A model generated the notes under the pieces. The model ran no database searches and was not told the DNA's origin. It was given only the letters and a program-made list of their open reading frames with translations. Source: Haplodiscus bocki (Eukaryota). From it: a stretch of 64,000 bases of DNA. A program made the position numbers and the translations under genes. Shown here one piece after another: positions 10,455-23,359 of this stretch (its first letter is position 1; the number at the start of each line of letters is the position of its first letter). Location of the stretch: the NCBI GenBank assembly GCA_965655095.1, contig OZ296648.1, positions 40,300,001 to 40,364,000 on the forward strand. Reading direction: 5' to 3'.

Positions 10455-13400
10455 GTTATCACAAACGTCGAGAAAAGCTGAATTTTGTTTCAAAAAAAAC
10501 GACTGCCATTTTGGCTATCGTTGTTGAATTTAACAACGCTCTAACATTTATCGAAATTTTCGTGATTCAATACGTCGAAAAAACGTTTTGTTTCTACTTC
10601 TGTAAAAGATAAAATGAAATGCGATGGACTCTCCTAATCACCACACCTGCACAACGGCAATTCTCTTTTCCACCATTTCTACGTTGGTTCATTGAGACCA
10701 AAATCTTTTGATAGGAGTCTTGAAAGTCAAAACTGATTTTAGTAGGATAGTTTATTTTTGAACAGTATACTCAGAATTCTGATGCCAATACCCGTTCCAC
10801 AGTAATCTGTTATCTCTAGCTTTGAATCTGTCTCAAACTGCCAAACATAGTCAAACTATATTCGTATTAGAGTTTTGAGGTTCCCTCGAGTTATGCTTGA
10901 ACGGAAATCAAGAAGACCTGCAGCCGAACCATCATTTATTCTTGTGACCTTACAGTTGAATCATCCGAAAAAATTTCCACAAACACTGATATGATCATCC
11001 AGAATCACTATAATCTAAGAGCGATCACAACCTACAAGAGTCAGATATACCAACACGTTTTCAAAAAAGATAGTTTTAGGTGAAGGAAAGTTGAGTGGAT
11101 CAAAAGTGGCATGTTTATTGAATTTTGTATTTGGTAGAGTTGATGGTTTTTCTCAACGTTGCACCACAGACCAGCTAGAGAGGGCAGATTGCTTATATAC
11201 CATGAAATAATACTTCATTTGTTTCTTGGTCATTGTATATAGTAAAAACTTGCAATCGAGAGCTTGGTTCGTTTGCTCGGTTAAGGACACACGTAAAGGT
11301 ATTCCATGTGAAGATGTTTAGAGCTTTCAACTGATCAATGTGGGTTTTATTTTTCATGCTTGGATTCAACCAAGCTCCAGAAGTTTGTCAAGGTCAGTGG
11401 TTCAACTAGCTGTATTCTGGATATTGAACAATATCCGTTCATTTTTAGGATCCTTATTCACAAGTCGCGATTTTCTGCAAAAGGTTTGGGAGTGTCAAGG
11501 CATTGGATTGATTCACCGGGAATGCAGAGGCTGGTACTATAATCAACAATTTTGTACCTTTTTCGCGCTTCTCATGGCAACCCTTTGAAGAAGATGAATA
11601 ATAGAGGTGGTAAAACATTGTCCTGGTGAACGCCAAAGGATAGGTTGACGGAAGTTCCCCGAAATCCATTCTCTTTGTTGTTCACTGCTCTTTTTCCAAG
11701 ATGATTTTCAACCAACGGAGTAAACATTTCTCACCATTTACCTCTTTTCAAAAAGCAGTATAACAAAGAATCATAATCAATCGAGTCAATCGCTTCCTCC
11801 CGGTCTGAGAACGTAGCAACACAAGGGTCTTCTGTTTCAATTTTCTATTTCATGTTTCATATGATTCGATATAGATAGTTCATGGTGGAGTACTTTTTCT
11901 GAAACATTACGTTCTTCTTCGATCTTCAGCAAATCTAAATTTCTGGTGCAACTAGCCTATTTGCGCACCAGCATTTTGTTTGTATGCGATGCTAAGCTGA
12001 TGGAGCGGAGGAGCTTAACTCTGTTATTTCTGTTTTTTTTTCAGGAAAATTACTGATACCTGCTTGAAAGGCAGAGACCGAAAATCCAAGCAGGTTTTTA
12101 AAAGTTGCGAGACCAGATTCGAAGTTGAGAACTTGAATTTTTTCATCAGGCGTGGAGGCCAGTTATTAGGGTCAAAACATTTGTTTTGATCTCTTTTCTG
12201 AATTGCTCACCGTATTTCTTCCGCAGTGATTCTTTTGTTTAACATGTAGCAAGAATACGACAATGAATCCTGTTCAACGTCACTCCTAGCTGTTTCTTAC
12301 GCCACGTTGACCACAGATTTGGCTTCAGTGAAGAATTTTTCGACGACGTTTTCACGATTGAAGTTGCCACCGCGAAAAAATTCTTTTTCAGAACCATTTT
12401 GCGTTTCGATGTGAGCAATGACTCTGTCTTTGTTTTTTCTTTAGCGTCGGCTTACTGACTCCTGCTTTAAGCTAATTGCAGCGCTGGACTGTTTCGAAAA
12501 GAATCCCAGAAGTCTTTTCGTTAATATCACTAATTGTTTTCTCTGTCCAAAGGTTATTGTTCAGTTTAATTTAATCTTCCATTTTATACTTCAAGCGTAA
12601 CAAGGTCGCTCTATTCTGTGAAGTGAAATTGGTTGCAAGTTGTCTACCGGTCTTTTTGATTCTCTATGATAAGTCGCTGAGTTTTGCATTCCAATAGGCT
12701 TCGGAAAGAGTGGAATTCGTTTCGTTGGTATCATTTTGTTAGAATCCTGAAATAAATCATGCAGCGGTTTAAATAGTTTCGACGGAAGTTTTTTTATGAC
12801 GTCATTTGTTCTTTTTGTATGGCCACATCGAGGAGGGATATTATACAATACCAGCCGCCTATACTACAATCCACCGGTTTTTGAGTGAAATTTTTGACAT
12901 CTCGAGACATGCAAACTTGAACAAACTGGCCAATGGGCAACACTCGGAACACCAGGGAAGAGTTCAATTTCTTTTTCAACACAAATATCAGTTGAGCCAT
13001 TATATACCGTGAAAGCGGAAAGACACAGATCAGAAACCGTTTTTTCATATTTTGCCGTTTGACAAAAATAAGCTCATTTGGGCTTTAACAACGAAACTGC
13101 TTTCATCACAGAACTTGAAGAATCACTCGCCATAATTACTGCAATTTTCATCACCCCACGCGGCGTGTTATGCTTTGAGGTTTCCCAAGACGAGTGGTGC
13201 CTTCATTTTATGTTTATCACAAATTTTTGAAACATAACTGCTGTATTTTTGTAAAGAAAGGAAACTGCTGTGTTTCGAGAGTGATGTACTTGTCGACCCC
13301 ACTAAAGCATCACCAGTGTCTTTATTTAGAGCTTTGAAGCATACATCCAACTCATCAAAGAAAACCTCCTCCACTGCATAAAGTGTCAGTAGTTTATATT

Positions 13401-14250
13401 TTAGTGGAAATTTTGACGCACGTTGACTGGACGATTCAATACATTAAACGAAGCACTTTAACTACGGCAGAACATTCCCAGCAAACGAAAAGATTCACAA
13501 AAAGTTTTGCAATTAACACAGGATTTATTGCAAACTTAGTTTGGCATTCTGCTCAAAAATGAACCGTATCAGCTAAAACTCATTAAAGTATCCTCGTTGA
13601 TGGATGTAAGGCAGCCGGCAGTCTTTGCGAAATTTGAGTTTCACAACCGCGAAAAGAATATTACCATTGAAAAGTTTCGGTTTTTTAGGTGCATAAGCTC
13701 TCCGGTGCAAAACAAAAAAGTAGTTACAGATTTGAGGATTTACCCACGGGTTTTCTCTTCTTCCCTCGGTTCTCTTTGTTCCATCAGATTTAAGAAACCA
13801 CCAAAATAAATAGTTATCCAGGTTCGTTGCAGTTTTAATAAGTACATATGTTATCATGTATGGGATTTTTATACCTTGTAGTAGCCTCCCACTTTTTTCA
13901 AGTACAGTTCACTGACACTTTTCTCACACCAAGGAACGCTGCACAAACTGCAATTTTCTTGAACTTGGACAGTCTTTTCGCTGTAACGTAGAAACTTTCT
14001 CCGGTCTTTTGTAGTCGGGTATTCAGCAGCATAAAATCTCCATTTTCTGGAGAGTAATCCGTTCACATCAGTCAAATCAACCTTCTTACCCTCAGTATTG
14101 TCTACATGTTAGTTACAGATCGGCTTCGCTTTCTTAATGAGTATTAGGTCGGTAATTCTCGCGAATTTCAGAAGATGTTCCCATGAAAAAAAGTCATACG
14201 ATTTTGGTTCTTAACTGCCATTATTGTTCTGTTTATTTCCTTGTTTGCAT
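10455..14250 (-). mobile_element. Decayed non-LTR retrotransposon (I/Jockey-group-like: ORF1 remnant, APE, RT, C-terminal CCHC)
   Basis: Minus-strand motifs in LINE order: APE LGNLKA*HAAWGD (~13150) and ELFPGVP..HWPV (~12950); RT ITAEEIR*AI..KCFDP (~12200), LRSISLAS..K (~12000), FSDREEAIDSI (~11790), FGVHQDNVLPPLLF (~11620); LCRCGD*ESPSHFIL (~10630). Confidence 0.85.
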
Positions 14251-17200
14251 AATTATCCACAAGAGTGGTTATCAAAGAACATAGAATTATCCATGAGAAT
14301 TTTCGTTTCAATTTTCAAAATAGAAAAGTCCATTAATTTATTAAAGTAAACATACACAAGCCTAAGATGGATAAACACTGAGAAAAACAAAAAGTTAGGG
14401 ACAAACTTTCTATGGAAGAGACTTTGTTTTTTCATGACAACCCTGATTGATAACAATACAAGCAAATTCATATGCGGAACAGTTTAGTAAATAGCATTCA
14501 AAAATACATGATTTTTGGTTACCGAAAACGTCTTTCAAAAACCATGGAGGTAACAGGCCTGCTACTGAGGACAATGAATGAAGCTCATCTTCATTCAAAA
14601 ACACAATTTACTCAAAATACAGCTGAAAAGATAACAAATAGATTTCCACTCAAGTTGTCTTTATTCATTTTCATATATATTAATGCTTTCAATTAGGGGC
14701 GAAAGTTAAAGCCGTTGAAAGTTATTCAAAGAATTCTTTATTTAAGTATTCGATTGTAATGAAACTGATTCTTCTGTTTTGTGAAGTTTGCTGCAAAATT
14801 GCGAGATCAGCAAATTATAGATATTAAAGAAACAAAAAGCCTTTCAGTGAAAGCTGGTGGTTCATCAAAATGTGAAACAAGCAGTGCTACATGTAATATT
14901 GAACCTCAAGTGTGGGTGAAAATGTTGCTATTTTGAAGAAAGCGTAAATCTAACATAGGGCGACCGACATATAACACGAAACAAGAGAATAAAAACAATT
15001 CTGATTCTATTTCGAAAACTCACATAAACAAGTGGAGCCAAAAACACTTACCAAGACAGCAGGCGCCAATACGGTTACTTGTAACGCATCCAGTCGAATA
15101 TAATGAAAAGATCTTCCTTCAACTCATTAAAGCAATGAAACTTCGCCTAAAAACAAAAAGTTTAATCACGAAAAATTGTGAAATTTGTTTTACAACTTTC
15201 CCCGAAATGTTTCATTGAATGGTTTTAGTTTTCAACGAAGAGTTTTTCAACCTGAGTGAAAAAAAAAATTGCAATATATGTAAAAAACACCAAAAACTGC
15301 AGAGACACACACTTGGTCAAATTGTTGAGATTTTTACGTTGAATACATCAAACATGAAACTTTCGAAGAACACAAACAAAAAAAACATGCTAACAACGAA
15401 GAGAAGATAATTTCATCCAAATGTTATTTTTGTGAAACTTGTAATTATTACGTTACAGAATCAAATGCTAAAAACAGTAAATTTTTGGGACAGACATAAA
15501 AAGACGGAACCAAAGCCAAATCCAAAGAAAATATCAATACCAAAAACAGGGAAAGGCTGCCGATACAGCATGTCCCATTGCAACACCTCAAGATATAGAA
15601 GGAATTGTTTAATACATTTTGGGCCTTTAGCCTCAGATGTAACCACTCAAACTCTCCAGTTTTCTTGAATTTGGACCGTCTTTTCGCTGTAACGTAGAAA
15701 CTTTCTCCGGTTTTTTGTAGTCGGGTATTCAGCAGCAAAAATTCTTCATTTTCTGGGTAGTAATGCGTTCACATCAGGAAAATCAACCTTATTACCCTCA
15801 GTTTTGTCTACATGTTAATTACAGATCGGCTTCGTTTTCTTAATGAGTAGTAGGTCCGTATTTCTTGCGAATTTCAGAAGATGTTCCCATGAAAAAAAGA
15901 CATACAATTTTGATTCTTAACTGGCAATATTGTTTTTTTATTTCCTTGTTTGCATAATTATCCACCAGAGTGGTTATCAAAGAACATAGAATTATCCATG
16001 AGAAGTTTCGTTTTTAGTTTCAAAATAGAAAAGTCTATCGAATTTTTAAAGTAAACATACACATGCCTAAGATGGACAAACACTGAGAAAAACAAAAAGT
16101 TAGGGACGAATTATCTATCGATAACACTTTGTTTTTTCATGACAACACTGATTGATAACAATACAAGCAAATTCATATGCGGAACAGTTTAGTAAATAGC
16201 ATTCAAAAATACATGATTTTTGGTTACCGAAAACGTCTTCCAAAAACCATGGAGGTAACAGACCTGCTACTGAGGACAATGAATGAAGCTCATCTTCATT
16301 CAAAAAACACAATTTACTCAAAATACAGCTGAAAAGATAACAAATAGATTTCCACTCAAGTTGTCTTTATTCATTTTCATATATATTAATGCTTTCAATT
16401 AGGGGCGAAAGTTAAAGCCATTGAAAGTTATTCAAAGAATTCATTATTTAAGTATTCGATTGTAATGAAACTGATTCTTCTGTTTTGTGAAGTTTGCTGC
16501 AAAATTGCGAGATCAGCAAATTATAGATATTAAAGAAACAAAAAGCCTTTCAGTGAAAGCTGGTGGTTCATCAAAATGTGAAACAAGCAGTGCTACATGT
16601 AATATTGAACCTCAAGTGTCGGTGAAAATGTTGCTATTTTCAAGAAAGCGTAAATCTAACATAGGGCGACCGACATATTAACACGAAACAACAAAATAAA
16701 AACAAGTCTGATTTTATTTCAAAAACTCACATAAACAAGTGGAGCCAAAAACACTTACCAAGACAGCAGGCGTCAATACGGTTACTTGTAACGCATCCAG
16801 TCAAGTATAATGAAAAGATCTTCCTTTCAACTCATTAAAGCAATGAAACTTCGCCTCAAAACAAAAAGTCTAATCACGAAAAATTGTGAAATTTGTTTTA
16901 CAACTTTCCCCGAAATGTTTCATTAAATGGTTTTAGTTTTCAACGAACAGTTTTTCAACCTAAGTGAACAAATAAATTGCAATATATGTAAAAAACACCA
17001 AAAACTGCAGAGACACACACTTGGTCAAATTGTTGAGATTTTTACGCTGAATACATCAAACATGAAACTTTCGAAGAACACAAACAAAAAAAACATGCTA
17101 ACAACGAAGAGAAGATAATTTCATCCAAATGTTATTTTTGTGAAACTTGTAATTATTACGTTAAAGAATTAATTGCTAAAAACAGTAAATCTTTGGGACA

Positions 17201-17346
17201 GACAAAAAAAGACGGAACCAAAGCCAACTCCAAAGAAAATATCAATACCAAAAACAGGGAAAGGCTGCCAATACAGCATGTCCCATTGCAACACCTCAAG
17301 ATACAGAAGGAATTTATATTTTACATTTTGGGCCCTTAGTCTCAGA
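13945..17346. repeat. Direct tandem duplication of about 1.7 kb (13945-15637 / 15651-17346)
   Basis: Offset 1706-1709; paired ORFs (14410/16115, 15219/16927, 15461/17169); high identity. Confidence 0.95.
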
Positions 17347-20300
17347 GTGTGCGAAAACTGATAATACCTTTTCAAGAAATAACCAATAAAATTTGTAATA
17401 TGAACAACCTAATACTTGATGAAGCATGTATCACCTATGCCAGATTTTGTATTGACCAATATTTTAGGTACAAAGTTTCTTACTTTGCTTCCTTTGATCA
17501 ACCATTTTTTATGACCAAATGCACGACAACTTTATTCTTAACGTGAAAGATAAAAACCTGAATATACCAGAGCATAGAGTTTCACCAGATGAAAATCATG
17601 AAACAAATATACATCCAGAATTAGAGTTACAAGTTGAAAATTTCAAAACGACTAGAACCAACAGCACAACTAGTATGGATATTACCTTTTCTCAAACAGA
17701 AAAAAATGATGGTTCTGATTAAATTGATCTGCCTTAAAACTTTAGAACAAATGTTAATCCGCGAATTGATAAAGATAGTGATTTGTCAATTTGGTGCTTT
17801 CTTTGTACTTAAATTCAAGAAACATATGCATCTTTCCCTAGAGGAAGTGAAAAATATATAAAGATAATTTTTCTAGTGAATGAAGATTTCCACAACATTT
17901 CAATGGTTTAGAAATCGAAGACATACCTAAAGTGGAAAAATTAAGTAATATATAGTTCAAAGTATTTGAAATTACTGATCCTGATATGACATGGAAAATG
18001 GATTCTAAGGAAATAACAAAAACTTTAACAAAAAGTCTGACCTATTCATAGTTTAAAGCCCTGAACAGCTCATAAAAAAACTATACACCTTTTTTGGTCC
18101 ACGAAATATGAGATGTTCTGGTAGGACTGGCTTATCATCATAGTCAACCGAAAATGTCAAAGTCAACAACAAGGGTTCTTTCTAAAACGTGCGTCTTGTA
18201 ATATGACATTTCTAAGATTGAAGTATTTGAGGTTTGATAACTTTTAATACAGAATTGCAATATCATTTGCAGACTTTGAATGTCCAAACAAACCTTTAAA
18301 CGAAACAAAAAGCAAACAGCGAAGTTTTTGAAAAACAAGAACCAATTAAGTATGGAATTGCGTTACTTTCAGGATTGGAAAGTTCTTTATAATCTAAATG
18401 TATAGCAGACTTTGGTAAAAGCAGTGTAAAGTTGTTTTTAAACGTTATAAAGTTTTTAGATAAGGAACTACACGAAAACTTGCAATATTTTGAAGTGCGT
18501 TCATTTTTGACTGAAATATATAAACAATTTGATAAAACAGAAAATTGTTGGATATGAAAGAAAGATATTGAAGAATTTGCTGACCCAAGTTATAGATTTC
18601 ATGAGAAACCTTTTAAAATTGACTATACAGCAAACCAAAGAAAAAAAAGAACTGACGTGAAGAATAATATAGATTACCAGAATATTCAAAATGATGTAGA
18701 TTTTGTTCAGAGTCTGGAATATTATAAAAAAGGTGTTTTTCTCGGAACAAGCTTTCAAAGCCAACAAACCTTACGATGAACCTTGAACAGATCGCAAAAA
18801 AAGAACTTTTTTCAGCATCAAAAGATGAAACGCCAGACCTATGGAATAATGTGAAAAAAAAGTTAGTCCTAAAACTGGAAAAGGTCAAACAAAAGTTTTA
18901 TTTCAGGTGATGTACTAGTCGTACCAGATGTTTTCACCGGATTTATGAAGAATCTGTTACAAAACGTAAGCTTAAACTTTTGTGTTTTGTTCCATTACCA
19001 GGCAAATAATATCAATGCCGATTTAAAAAACCAAACCAGGTAAAAGAATGTTTGAGATCCGAAAGTTTATCTTTTCGGTTGCAAATGCTATCACTGGTGG
19101 TTAATCAGGCGTTTGAGGTCCACGTTATGTTAAGAAGAGGAAGGAGGGTGTTTTTTCAAAAAGATGCAAATAATTTGCGTGGCTTTTGGTTATCACAAAA
19201 ATTACAATGTACTAACTCTAGGTAGACAAACACAGTTACAGTGCAAAATAAAAGTCATTGATGGTTCTGATATTGGTTAAGCAGTAAATGATAACTTAAA
19301 AAATCAAGAAAAAATAAAACAAAAACAGATTTTTTCCTCTTTATCCAGAAACTCAAAAAGTAGATGAAACTCTTTTTCTTTGGACTTTATGAACAGCATT
19401 AGACCTGAAACTCAAAGACTTTAGTGAAAACTGTTTCGTGCTTGGACTGATCGAAACGAAAATTCTACGTATTATATAAACTTGAAAAATGCTTTATGTA
19501 AACTATGGATTCAGAGTAAGTAAATAAGTAAGTAACTAAATTCAGAGTAAGTAACTAAGTAAATATCAGTTTCTTCAGTTCTAAATAAAATTCACTCTTT
19601 AAAAATAAAGAGACAAAGTTAGAAACTCAAGAGGTAAAGTAGCTAGAATTAAACTTCGAGGAAAAGTCCTAATTGAATGACTTGTAATTTATTCGCATAA
19701 ATAATAAAAAATCCAGGAAAAAATAATCATATGATTCTTGTAACCAACCATGAAATTCAAAAAAAGAGCAACCTAAACTGTTTTTTAAACATTTTACACT
19801 GAAAGATTCAGTAGATGATAGTTCGAAATGGATCTACAAGATGGATAAACAAAAAATGCTCGAAAACCGATATTCAAAGGATTTACATTTTTGAAAATAG
19901 CGAAGTTATCTTGTATGAACCGTTCTTTGACAAATTACGACCGTATTTTGGGTGGATCTTTTTCAATTACATTGAACTCTTACTGGATCTTGTGTGTTAT
20001 GTTTTCAGACAGACAAGTGAGTTACAGATCTGAAAAATTACGAGAAAATATTGATAAATTCCATCTTAGTAACTCAAAAAAATATAAAACTATATAATAC
20101 TACAAATAACTGTAGGAAAGTCAAATTGGAAACATCAGATTCACTTGATGTTGAAAAATTTTTCACATCTAAAGCAAAACCTTATAGTTTCTGTCTTTAT
20201 GATGGTAGTGAAACAGAAAGACTGAAAAGAGTAACCCAAGCAGCAACTAAAACTGTTAGGTGTGATACTTATTCAGAGTGCCTAAACATCATACTTCAAG

Positions 20301-20445
20301 AAAAAGATGAACATTTGATTAGCAGAACAATTAGAAAAAGAAATCATACATCGTATTTACAATCAATAAACAAAGGAAGGCTCTGGGCAATTGATGACGA
20401 AATGAAATAGGGAACTGCAATTGGTAGTAAACCCTGGGGTAAGAA
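14290..20445 (+). pseudogene. Maverick/Polinton protein-primed DNA polymerase B pseudogene (left arm; N-terminus duplicated)
   Basis: NGLEIEDIPKVEKL..FKVFE (~17900), LIKKLYTF, PIKYGIA, KDANNL (motif A, ~19160), AWTD, LYEPFFDKLRPYFG (before motif C), KVKLET..EKF..KAKPYSF, IRKRNH..YLQ..K..L..IDD, SKPWG. Confidence 0.88.
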
Positions 20446-22009
20446 GTGTATCATCTTCATCTTTCTATTTCATTTTCTATTGTAAACAACTGTAAAATCA
20501 TATTTGTTTCCTCACCTTCTATTTGTATATTCCTTACAAGCTTTTATGTTTTATTTAAGTTTGTTTTTCAAATAATTTATCTTTAACAAATGATAAGGAA
20601 TTCATTGTGAACTCTTAAACATGTCAATGCAAACATTAATAAAACAATTAGGAGAACACTTTTGGAATTTTTGCGAACTAGATAAAAGGATAGGAAAAAA
20701 ACAAACAAACTTAAAACAACACAAACAGAAAAACCAAAAAAACTAATTACCTAGATTTGAAGCTGATGGTGTTGTAAAAGTTTGTGGTGATATTCAGACC
20801 TAAATAATTGAAGCCAAAAGAAGCCAAATCTGAAAAAGCGAAGGTGTAACCAAAAAAGGAGAGTGAAATCAATTTGTTAAAAAGAAGCATTGAAAAAACA
20901 ACTCTTCTTTGGATTGATTTTGCTGAAAACTTTTTGGTCGTTTTTATTTAGAGAAAAAGCGAAGAAATTAACCTGCAAACAAAACAAGATGGAAACACAA
21001 TAAAGAAGGTAGCAAAAACTGCTTGTAGTATCCAATACAAATATTGCAACCAAGAGAACTTTAAGGAAAAGTTGATTGACAAGGATGTACAGAGAACAGA
21101 AAGGTTCAATGTTGAGGGGCAGATGTTTTCAGAGGATACAAAGACTAGGTGAGCCAAATTAAGTGATGAAAAAAGTGTGAAAGTTAAATATGTGATGATA
21201 AGCGTAGAAAAGTTGTTTTCAACACAGCTTTTGAAAGTATTTCCAAAAGAAAGATAAATTCAAAAAAATGAAACATGAAAGAACCATATTCTGAACAGGA
21301 TCATTGGCTTCTTGAAAATCAATCAATGTGAAGTGGATTTGCATCAGCAAAGGAAACATATAGAACTAATATCAAAAACGTTATTGTCTTTTCATTTGCA
21401 TTGTGTAGTTTTTTGTAGTATTTCCGCTCAATTTTTGTTCCATTCGTCAAACTGTTCACTAGTTCTGTTTTTATATTTCTAACGGATGAAAAGTTTTTCA
21501 TATACTTTTGTGATGTTCTGTAACGGATATAAGAGTGCTCAAGAGAATGATGACTTCTTTCTTTGAAAAAAATACTTTTAGAGAACGTGTAAATAAAACA
21601 GTTCATTGTGATTAATGCTATAAATTTTTAATAGTATAATTTTATCTAAAAATGTAAAACAGAGATATTGGGCGCGCATAGGAAACAGAAAAGATCTGGA
21701 AAAGTGTGTTTCCTATGGCTTGATAAAATCTCGGAACAACGATAATACTTGCAATGCAAAAAAATTCCTGAAAAACGTAGCTACTTCCAGTGAAAACTTA
21801 ACTCGTAAAAATGAATGTCCATCTGCAAATGATTAAATAGATAAAAGACTATGACAATTGATGAAATGAAAGAAAACTAAAGCTGCAACGTTTGAACATG
21901 GAAAGAAAAAAATACTACAGAAGGCAAAAAAATTGTGAAAGTAGAACACTTTTCAACTAACTTGCGTGATTTTTTTCATAAGAAATAGCATGAAAACATT
22001 GTCTAAACA

Positions 22010-22710
22010 CATTGTCGTATCTAAAATTGTTGTTTACATTTTTAGATTGACGTTTATAAAGGTACTCTTGAATCTTAAACGTTGTCTTTCCCAAATTTAA
22101 TATTACAGCCTAAAAATTGTCTTCTTAAAAGTTGTTGTCCAATCTTGTCCAATATCAACTTTGGAAATATTGTTAAATCCTTTGCATTGCGATTTCAAAA
22201 TCTAGGGTTAACTTGTATGCTTTGTCTTTTCTAAAACGTTTTTCATATCTTCTGTATTCTCTTTTCTGAAGTTTTTGTAAAGTCTTACAGAACATCTTTT
22301 CTATAATTAATGTTAAATCTTAGAAATCGTCTTCCCTAAAACCAATGTCAAATCTTACAAACTGTTGTTTCTAAATTTAGTGTTAATTATTATACATGGC
22401 CTTTTCTAAAATTGTTGTCAAATCTTTAGCATTGTCTTTTCCAATTTATTGCTGAATCTTATAAACTCTTTTTTCTTAACTTTTTGCAAAATCACACACC
22501 TTCTCTTTTCTTATTTTAATGTTAAATTAAACACGGTGATTTTTCAAAAGTTTTTATCAAATCCCATGCATTGTTTTTCTCCAAAAAAATTGTCAAATCC
22601 CAAATATATTCTTTTTTTCTGAAAATTCTGTCAAACCCTACACTTTGTCTATTCTGAATTCTAGTATGTTGTCATATCTGAATAGTGTTTTTACAACTTA
22701 CACCTTGCCT
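22010..22710 (+). repeat. Degenerate 35-bp tandem array (about 20 units)
   Basis: Consensus approximately CATTGTCTTTTCTAAAATTGTTGTCAAATCTTAYA. Confidence 0.88.
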
Positions 22711-22740
22711 AAATTACAAAATACACAGTTTAAAAAAATG

Positions 22741-23359
22741 AGAAATAGACAATGTATGAAGTTTGACATTTTTGTCAAAACAGACAATGAATATAATCTG
22801 ATAAAAAATTTTGAAAAAGATAGTGTATTACAATTGTTGTTTTTGAAAAAGGCAATTTATAAAGTTTGTCAACAGTTCCAGAAAAAAATGTTTAAAATTT
22901 GATAATAATTTGGAAATAGAGGACGTATAAAAATGGAGGTTAATTTGTTAATTTATAGAAAAAAAAACAATGTATAAGATTTGATAATAACTTTATTAGG
23001 AAGACAACATTTAAAATTTGATGATGTTTTGAGAATAGGCCAAGCTATAACATTTGATAGAAAGTTCAGGAAGCACAATGCGCAAAAACGGTAACGGTTA
23101 TGAAAAAAGACAATGTGTAAGAATTAACAGTGAATTTAGAAAAGACATCGTAAGAGATTTGACAAAATTTTCAGTGAAGAGAAGTCATAGGATTTGACAA
23201 AACTGTCAGGAAACACACTGCATAAGATATTACCAAAAAATAAGAAATCGTAATGCGAAAAATTCAATAGTTTTTCTGGAATTGATAATGTACAACTTTT
23301 GACAATATGCATAGGAAAGACAACTCGCAAGATTTATTCCTTTTTGAGAAAAGTCAATG
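22741..23359 (-). repeat. Same 35-bp array in opposite orientation (about 17-18 units)
   Basis: Repeated (t)aagatttgac...gaaaagacaatg is the reverse complement of the left-array consensus. Confidence 0.88.

Noticed and set aside
10455-14250. Novel Maverick accessory genes next to pPolB
   Set aside because: Translation shows APE, RT and CCHC motifs in LINE order.
22010-23359. CRISPR-like array
   Set aside because: Contiguous degenerate tandem units without unique spacers, no cas genes, eukaryotic context.
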